Positions 26,708-32,000 of a DNA stretch of 32,000 nucleotides are shown here, one piece after another. Each line of letters opens with the position of its first letter. Positions within the stretch are counted from its first letter, which is position 1. This DNA comes from Candidatus Heimdallarchaeota archaeon (GTDB taxonomy: Archaea > Asgardarchaeota > Heimdallarchaeia > Heimdallarchaeales > Kariarchaeaceae): NCBI GenBank assembly GCA_030149205.1, contig JASBSB010000007.1, positions 480,001-512,000 of the forward strand. Reading direction: 5' to 3'. The notes beneath the pieces are model-generated. The model saw only the letters and a program-made list of their open reading frames with translations. It did no database searches and was not told the origin of the DNA. The position numbers were made by a program, and so were the translations under genes.

Positions 26708-27124
26708 TTAAAAGCAAATCCCACCCATGGAGAGAGGGGAATTTCCCCCGATATACACCCCAGAATACAACTGTGAGGCAGGATTGATTAATAAAACAAA
26801 TCCATCCGATAATCCATGTATTTTGTTTCCCATTGTAAATGAGAATTCAGAGTTGGTGTATCCAGCAACAAGAAATTGCTCTTTTGATGGTCCCACAATG
26901 TCTAAGTACTGAAACTGCATTATGGAAATTGCTGGCATTACTTGTAACAATGAAGACTTATCTAAGCTAAGAGCAAAAAAATTTTGATAATTTTTAAAGG
27001 TGTTATAGAGATAATATTCACCAAAATCTGAATTGTAGAAAATCCTTCCTGAGACCAAAAGTATATTGTTTCTTAATTTGATTTTATCGATATATAAGTT
27101 AAAAAGTAAATATCTAATTTTCAA
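26708..27124 (-). CDS. Short paralogue of the C-terminal ~135 aa of the 24953-26437 protein (free module or 5'-truncated gene)
   Basis: Manual ungapped alignment from FAL to YIGG gives 45/78 identical residues. TTG start; in-frame TAA at 27163-27161; no signal peptide. Confidence 0.65.
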   Translation of the reverse strand: MKIRYLLFNLYIDKIKLRNNILLVSGRIFYNSDFGEYYLYNTFKNYQNFFALSLDKSSLLQVMPAISIMQFQYLDIVGPSKEQFLVAGYTNSEFSFTMGNKIHGLSDGFVLLINPASQLYSGVYIGGNSPLSMGGICF

Positions 27125-27265
27125 AAAGATATTATAAATAGTTGTTTTACTTTTGGCGTTTTAAAAAAGTATACGTGTTTCTCCTAAAGGAAAATTCAAA
27201 TTGTTATATTTGACTTTTCCCAAAGGTATTTATCAACCTTTAAGATATGAATAATGTGAGATAGT

Positions 27266-28144
27266 TTGGATGAATCAGATTTAGAGATACTACAGATGCT
27301 ATTTTTCAATTCTAGAATAACAAACAGAGAACTCTCCAGAAAATTGAATATCTCTCCAAGTGCAGTCCATAAGCGTATCAAAGCAATGGAAACCGAAAAA
27401 ATTATACAAAGATACATTGCACGACCCTCTATTTTGGCACTAAATTCTATACCTGTAGTCATAATTGGGCGATCTTCAGCAACTGATCTTTCTCAGATGA
27501 TAAAGGATCTAGGGGCCGTGGAACAGGTTTTTGCTGTAGCCATGGGGAGCGCAAATATTATGTATGTGTCTGTGATGTTAAGATCAATTGCTGAGATGCA
27601 AGAGGTAAGCTCCCTTATTGATAAAAAGGGAATGCTCACAGATACATTGGTAGGGATTGTAACAGAGCCTTACTCTAAAATTCCAATCTCATTGTCAAAG
27701 ATGGAGCTGTCTATTATCAAATCATTGAATAAGGATGCAAGAAAATCAGTAAATGAAGTAGCAACAGAGTTAAATGTTTCTGCAAAAACAATCAAAAGAC
27801 ACCTTATTAAGATGGAGGATGAAAATAAGGTAAACTTTACAATTGAGTGGGCTCCTCTTCATCATGATAGTTTTATCACAGTGTTTCATATCCATACTGC
27901 ACAGAATGTAGATGTTAATAAAAAGGTTAAAGAGCTCTATCTAAGGTATAAATCCAACACAATCATATGTGTTGCATTTAGTAATATTCCTAATTTCATA
28001 CTCTTTGAAATCTGGAGCAAAAGTCCGAGAATCTCCCAAATAATATTAGAAGAACTTCAAAAGGAGTTTGAACAGGTTGTCCCACATGTGCTAATGAACA
28101 TCCTATGGTTTAGATCTTGGATGGACACTATGTTAGAGAACTAA
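27266..28144 (+). CDS. Lrp/AsnC-family transcriptional regulator with two tandem winged-HTH modules
   Basis: MDESDLEILQML..NSRITNRELSRKLNISPSAVHKRIKAM and LSKMELSIIKSL.KDARKSVNEVATELNVSAKTIKRHL. Confidence 0.88.
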   Translation: MDESDLEILQMLFFNSRITNRELSRKLNISPSAVHKRIKAMETEKIIQRYIARPSILALNSIPVVIIGRSSATDLSQMIKDLGAVEQVFAVAMGSANIMYVSVMLRSIAEMQEVSSLIDKKGMLTDTLVGIVTEPYSKIPISLSKMELSIIKSLNKDARKSVNEVATELNVSAKTIKRHLIKMEDENKVNFTIEWAPLHHDSFITVFHIHTAQNVDVNKKVKELYLRYKSNTIICVAFSNIPNFILFEIWSKSPRISQIILEELQKEFEQVVPHVLMNILWFRSWMDTMLEN

Positions 28145-28145
28145 T

Positions 28146-28820
28146 TTAATTCATAGAAGTAAAGTTTTTGGATTTGATGATAAGATAAATCCCCATGCTT
28201 AATTCTGCTAAAGAGGCTGGTATCATTGCAATTGGGTACAATATTTGAAGTAGGTCAACAGGTATAAAGAATCCTCCAAAAATGGTAATGACATAACTAA
28301 AAGACGCTATAATCATAAACCATCCAAGTCCGGAAAAAACTTTGTCTGACTTGATAGATAAGTAACCCAAAATAAACAAGTGTGGGATTAAAAACAGATA
28401 ACCAACAAGAATGCCTAAAATATATGTTTCAACCATAAAGAAAAGCAATGCCAGAAGGCTAAAGGCAGTGGTAAGGACAAAAAAGATCCTTAGTGTCGAC
28501 ATTGAGATGGTGATTTTTCTATTTACATCTTTGAACAGAGGGAACAGTCCTACAGCGATGAATGTATCTAAAACCAAAATAACAAAATAACTCACAATTC
28601 CAAAATATAATAATTCTGGGTTCTTTTGAATATTTAGCACAGATAAAGAAATATTTGTTTTAATTATTAATTTCTCTAAAATCAATAACACAGTTGGTAT
28701 TGCAATGAAAAACATAAGAATCCAACTTACGCCAACGATTTTTGAGATGGTTGGAACATCACGGCCAAAAAACGTGATGTTCTGGGTTTGAAAGGTATGT
28801 GTTTTTATTTGAGTTTCCAT
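28146..28820 (-). CDS. DUF4386-like integral membrane protein
   Basis: Six hydrophobic segments; LDTFIAVGLFPLFKDVN, LRIFF, HLFILGYL, AELSMGIYLIIK patterns. ATG 28820 (alternative TTG 28832). Confidence 0.7.
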   Translation of the reverse strand: METQIKTHTFQTQNITFFGRDVPTISKIVGVSWILMFFIAIPTVLLILEKLIIKTNISLSVLNIQKNPELLYFGIVSYFVILVLDTFIAVGLFPLFKDVNRKITISMSTLRIFFVLTTAFSLLALLFFMVETYILGILVGYLFLIPHLFILGYLSIKSDKVFSGLGWFMIIASFSYVITIFGGFFIPVDLLQILYPIAMIPASLAELSMGIYLIIKSKNFTSMN

Positions 28821-28844
28821 AAATCTTCCCAATATAATTTATTC

Positions 28845-28881
28845 TGACCATTAATATAAGTGGATGTTTCCCTAATGGTCA
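28845..28881. promoter_or_regulatory. Inverted repeat TGACCATTA-N19-TAATGGTCA bracketing a TATA box; candidate operator
   Basis: Perfect 9-bp arms at 28845-28853 and 28873-28881; TTATAT (minus strand, 28859-28854) lies in the spacer, upstream of the DUF4386-like gene. Confidence 0.5.
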
Positions 28882-29151
28882 ATAAAATGACCTCATTCCC
28901 ATTAATCCGAGGCATTAAATTCCACCTTTTCAGAGATTTCACCATAATTTCTATAGCAATTCTCAACTTAAAACTATAATTGTGTTCTGGCATGGTTAAG
29001 AAGATGGATGATTAATGTCCGTTTTGTTTACCCTGTTGGAAATAAAACAGTTGTATTGATCTTAAATTAACTATTGAAGATTTTATAACAGAAAGCATTG
29101 TATTAGGATAGAAGTCAGAATAATCTTCTTGCTATTCTTTTTCCAAAATAT

Positions 29152-30708
29152 CTAGTCCTTCGCAAGTTCTCGTTTCAAAATTTTGCCCGTTGCGGTCATT
29201 GGTAGTTGATCTTTTATGTATACTCTCCTTGGATACTTGTAAGCAGCCATTTCGTTTTTGCTCCATTGAATAATCTCTTCTGGTGTCATTGTTTCACCCT
29301 GTTGAAGAATCACGTATGCAGCCACTTCTTCTCCATATTTATCATCCTTCTCACCCACAACAGCTGCAAGTGAGATTTTTGGATGAGTTATGAGTACTTC
29401 CTCCACCTCTCTTGGGTACACATTAAATCCTCCTCTAATGATCATATCCTTTAATCTATCTACAATGTAAAAATATCCCTTCTCATCGCATCTTCCAAGA
29501 TCGCCAGAGTGGAACCAGCCATCTTTGAATGCCTCTTTTGTTGCTTCTTCTTTTTTGTAATACCCTTTCATTATGTTATGCCCTCGTATCACAATCTCTC
29601 CCACCTCGTTTGGGGGTAATTCTTTCCCTTCACCATTAACAATCTTCATTTCAACTCCCATCAATGGAACACCTATTGAACCAGCCACTCGTTCTAGATC
29701 CATCCTTGAGAAGCTGGCAACTGGTGAGGTTTCTGAGAGCCCATATCCCTCAAGAATTGGGATTTTATATTTCTCCTCAAATTTTTTCATTACCTCTACA
29801 GGCATAGCAGACCCTCCAGATACTCCCAATCTGAAGGATTTAGTGATTTTTTCTGTGTCCAAACCTGGAACATCAGTATTTAGCATTGCCCAATACATTG
29901 TTGGCACACCAGCAAAAAAGGTGATTCCTTCCTTCTCGAAGAGTTTTAGAGCCTCAACAGGATCAAATTTAGGTAGAAGGACGAGAGTCGCTCCATAGAA
30001 GAATCCAGCGTTCATCTGAACAGTCTGCCCAAATGAATGAAAGAGTGGAAGGGTCACTAAATGCACATCATTTGACGTAGCACTGAATAATCCCATACAC
30101 TCCATCGCGTTCAAGTAAATATTGTAATGGCTGAGTTCTGCTCCCTTTGGTTGTCCTGTTGTTCCAGAGGTATAAAGTATTACAGCAGTATCGAAGGGTT
30201 CAGTATCTACTGAAGAATATGCGGGAGATTGACCTTGCATCAACATATCAAGGGTCTCTACACCCTCAATTGGAGATTGCATACCAGGTGGTGTTATAAT
30301 CCAAAAGTTTTCACATGTATCAACCTCTTTAAAGCCAGCGTATCCCTCTTGTGCCATTGGAAGCACTTCTGTCCCTATGAAGCAGAAATATGCCTTAGCT
30401 TCTGAGTCTTTCAGGTGATAGGCCACCTCTCTTCTTTTGAAAAGTACATTTAGAGGTACGACAGTTGCACCTGTCTTTAAAATTGCATAATAAACCATTG
30501 GGAAATATGGGAGGTTTAGACATGATAGCGCAATTTTATCACCTTTCCCAAATCCTTTGGCTTGTAAAGCATTTGCAATCATGTTTGACACAGCATTTAA
30601 TTTTGCATATGACATTCTTGTCTCTCCAAAAACAACCGCTGTTTTTTGAGGGTAGTCTCTGGCAGATTGTTCTAATACCATCGCTAAATTTAACTTATTA
30701 ACTGACAT
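29152..30708 (-). CDS. fadD: Long-chain-fatty-acid--CoA ligase
   Basis: YTSGTTGQPKG, LPLFHSFG, EGYGLSETSP, GWFHSGD, DRLKDMIIRGG, TGKILK; TATAAAA at 30737-30731 upstream. Confidence 0.9.
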   Translation of the reverse strand: MSVNKLNLAMVLEQSARDYPQKTAVVFGETRMSYAKLNAVSNMIANALQAKGFGKGDKIALSCLNLPYFPMVYYAILKTGATVVPLNVLFKRREVAYHLKDSEAKAYFCFIGTEVLPMAQEGYAGFKEVDTCENFWIITPPGMQSPIEGVETLDMLMQGQSPAYSSVDTEPFDTAVILYTSGTTGQPKGAELSHYNIYLNAMECMGLFSATSNDVHLVTLPLFHSFGQTVQMNAGFFYGATLVLLPKFDPVEALKLFEKEGITFFAGVPTMYWAMLNTDVPGLDTEKITKSFRLGVSGGSAMPVEVMKKFEEKYKIPILEGYGLSETSPVASFSRMDLERVAGSIGVPLMGVEMKIVNGEGKELPPNEVGEIVIRGHNIMKGYYKKEEATKEAFKDGWFHSGDLGRCDEKGYFYIVDRLKDMIIRGGFNVYPREVEEVLITHPKISLAAVVGEKDDKYGEEVAAYVILQQGETMTPEEIIQWSKNEMAAYKYPRRVYIKDQLPMTATGKILKRELAKD

Positions 30709-30792
30709 GAACGATGATAACCTCGTGTACTTTTATACTTGTTTGGTGGCTTATCTCCAATTAACAAAAATCTTAAGAAAAATTAGGAAATT

Positions 30793-31056
30793 CTAGTCAT
30801 CTAGGTCATTACTTGAAAATCCTTTTCTGTTTCCAAATATCAGATCTAGGAAAGAGTCACATTGACTACATGAGAGAACGTACACAGGAATTGGTTGTTG
30901 AAATTCCTTAGCTCTCTCAAACAAGCCTTGGAAAAACTTAGGCATGAATTGTAATGTACGATCCATGATTTCATAAAATGAATCGTCTATTTGCGAAATG
31001 TATTGAGCTGACAATTTTATTCTAAGAGTTGATTTACAGTGGGGACATATGGTCAT
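30793..31056 (-). CDS. Small Zn-ribbon-like hypothetical protein (CPHC...CSQC)
   Basis: Two CxxC pairs about 55 aa apart; GGAGATGA RBS upstream of the ATG; fills the intergenic gap. Confidence 0.7.
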   Translation of the reverse strand: MTICPHCKSTLRIKLSAQYISQIDDSFYEIMDRTLQFMPKFFQGLFERAKEFQQPIPVYVLSCSQCDSFLDLIFGNRKGFSSNDLDD

Positions 31057-31126
31057 GTCGTCATCTCCAATTTATTTCTAAAATAACTTTTCTACTATTA
31101 AATCACTATAAGTTAAATTTCATTAT

Positions 31127-31792
31127 TTATCGTCTGCTTATCTTCAATAGCTCATGCTCTTTGGAGAGCAGGTCTCCCTCATTATTGTAGTGACTTAAAT
31201 CATTTATAGTCTTGATGTAATTGGTTCCATCCTCCATTGTACTTAGTATACTAAGACTGCAATTATCTATTCTAATATCAAGCTTAGACTTTTGCTCATC
31301 AGTTAAGCCTAGCCAATTGTGAATAATTGACACACTTGTCTGTGAGTGTGAAACTATGATTCCCGTCTCTTCATTTCTATCTTTGAGCGTTTCCATGAAC
31401 TTAATAATCCTTCTATCAAACTCTCTCCAGGTCTCAGATGCTGGATATGGTCTCCAATCCAAAATAGGGTGTGATTTAATTGCCTTGATCTTTAGTGCAT
31501 CCTCTCTGGACATATCTTCTGCAACTCCTTGAGAAATCTCTCTAAGTAAGGGTTCATACACCAAAGGAACCTGCAACCTGTTCATTATGATCTCTGCTGT
31601 TTGTGCAGATCTTTTAATATCACTGGAAAGAATAACTGCATCATTTGAAACTATATCTGATAATCTTTTTGCTAGGTGCTGTGCCTGTTTAATTCCAAGC
31701 TCTGTTAGCTCAGCATCACTCCATCCTCCCACGAAGCTTTCTGCCTGATGTCTGCCTTCACCATGTCTGATTAAAATCAGATTTCTTAACAC
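31127..31792 (-). CDS. Histidine phosphatase family protein (phosphoglycerate mutase-like)
   Basis: LIRHGEG, GWSDAELTELG, SSD.KRS.QTA, LREIS.G, VSHS; GTG start. Confidence 0.9.
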   Translation of the reverse strand: MLRNLILIRHGEGRHQAESFVGGWSDAELTELGIKQAQHLAKRLSDIVSNDAVILSSDIKRSAQTAEIIMNRLQVPLVYEPLLREISQGVAEDMSREDALKIKAIKSHPILDWRPYPASETWREFDRRIIKFMETLKDRNEETGIIVSHSQTSVSIIHNWLGLTDEQKSKLDIRIDNCSLSILSTMEDGTNYIKTINDLSHYNNEGDLLSKEHELLKISRR

Positions 31793-32000
31793 AATTCTTC
31801 AAACATTCTTTGATTGAAAACAATTATCAAAGAGGTTATCTCTATATGCTTTCATCCCAAATAGGTTTAATTACGAGTTTAATTCTATGAAAATGAAAAA
31901 CTGAGAATAAACATTTTTGTATGATATTCAATTCACCTTGTTCCTGTATGCCCTATATTATTTCGTCTTTAAACCCTAGGGCATTCTTTTTAGGTTCCCG

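Noticed and set aside
28805-28993. 62-aa minus-strand ORF upstream of the DUF4386-like gene
   Set aside because: No recognisable motif, and it runs through that gene's TATA box and inverted repeat; most likely spurious.
624-30701. Short ORF-track entries antisense to or nested in real genes (e.g. 624-809, 1573-1761, 3407-3691, 6407-6691, 12559-12858, 13170-13478, 16289-16669, 27196-27462, 29573-29998)
   Set aside because: All overlap well-supported CDSs and have no motifs or start signals; they are shadow ORFs.
31948-31984. Inverted repeat ATGCCCTA-N21-TAGGGCAT around TTTAAA
   Set aside because: 8-bp arms at the window edge with no assignable downstream gene; it could be an operator or the 3' end of a gene entering from the right, but this cannot be supported here.
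1-32000. tRNA, rRNA, CRISPR array, IS/transposase, integrase, selenocysteine or pyrrolysine read-through
   Set aside because: By eye: no cloverleaf or GC-rich structured RNA, no regularly spaced repeats, no DDE or tyrosine-recombinase motifs, and no stop codon with homology continuing past it. tRNAscan-SE/Infernal were not run, so small ncRNAs cannot be excluded.

Overview
AT-rich, gene-dense chromosomal window with about 28 CDS. No rRNA, tRNA, CRISPR array or mobile element was recognised. The transcription and translation signals look archaeal: TATA boxes ~22-30 nt ahead of apparently leaderless first genes, GGAGGTG/GGTGA ribosome-binding sites on internal operon genes, and oligo-T runs after stops. 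A Sulfolobus-like homocitrate synthase, a double-HTH Lrp regulator and sequon-rich surface proteins point the same way. An Asgard (Heimdallarchaeia-like) origin is plausible but is inference only. Contents: type III SQR (partial); DNA-repair nucleases (Xth, GIY-YIG, orphan SbcD/Mre11-like); CBS protein; PaaI thioesterase; epoxide-hydrolase-like enzyme; M13 peptidase; Rieske-TPP enzyme fusion; NifB/NifX-family protein; hcs-hacA-hacB-homoisocitrate dehydrogenase operon; acs; nitroreductase; heterodimeric ABC exporter; two beta-propeller-like paralogues; Lrp regulator; DUF4386-like protein; acyl-CoA ligase; Zn-ribbon protein; histidine phosphatase. The most striking observation is a G11 tract (C11 on +, 7599-7609) that puts a clean signal peptide (ATG 7665) out of frame with a 522-aa HExxH metalloprotease, which is translationally coupled to a membrane-anchored WD40 glycoprotein. 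This is either a phase-variable surface-protease switch or a homopolymer assembly error. Other notable items are a probable ATT start codon for acs and a free-standing duplicate of the C-terminal module of a surface beta-propeller protein.
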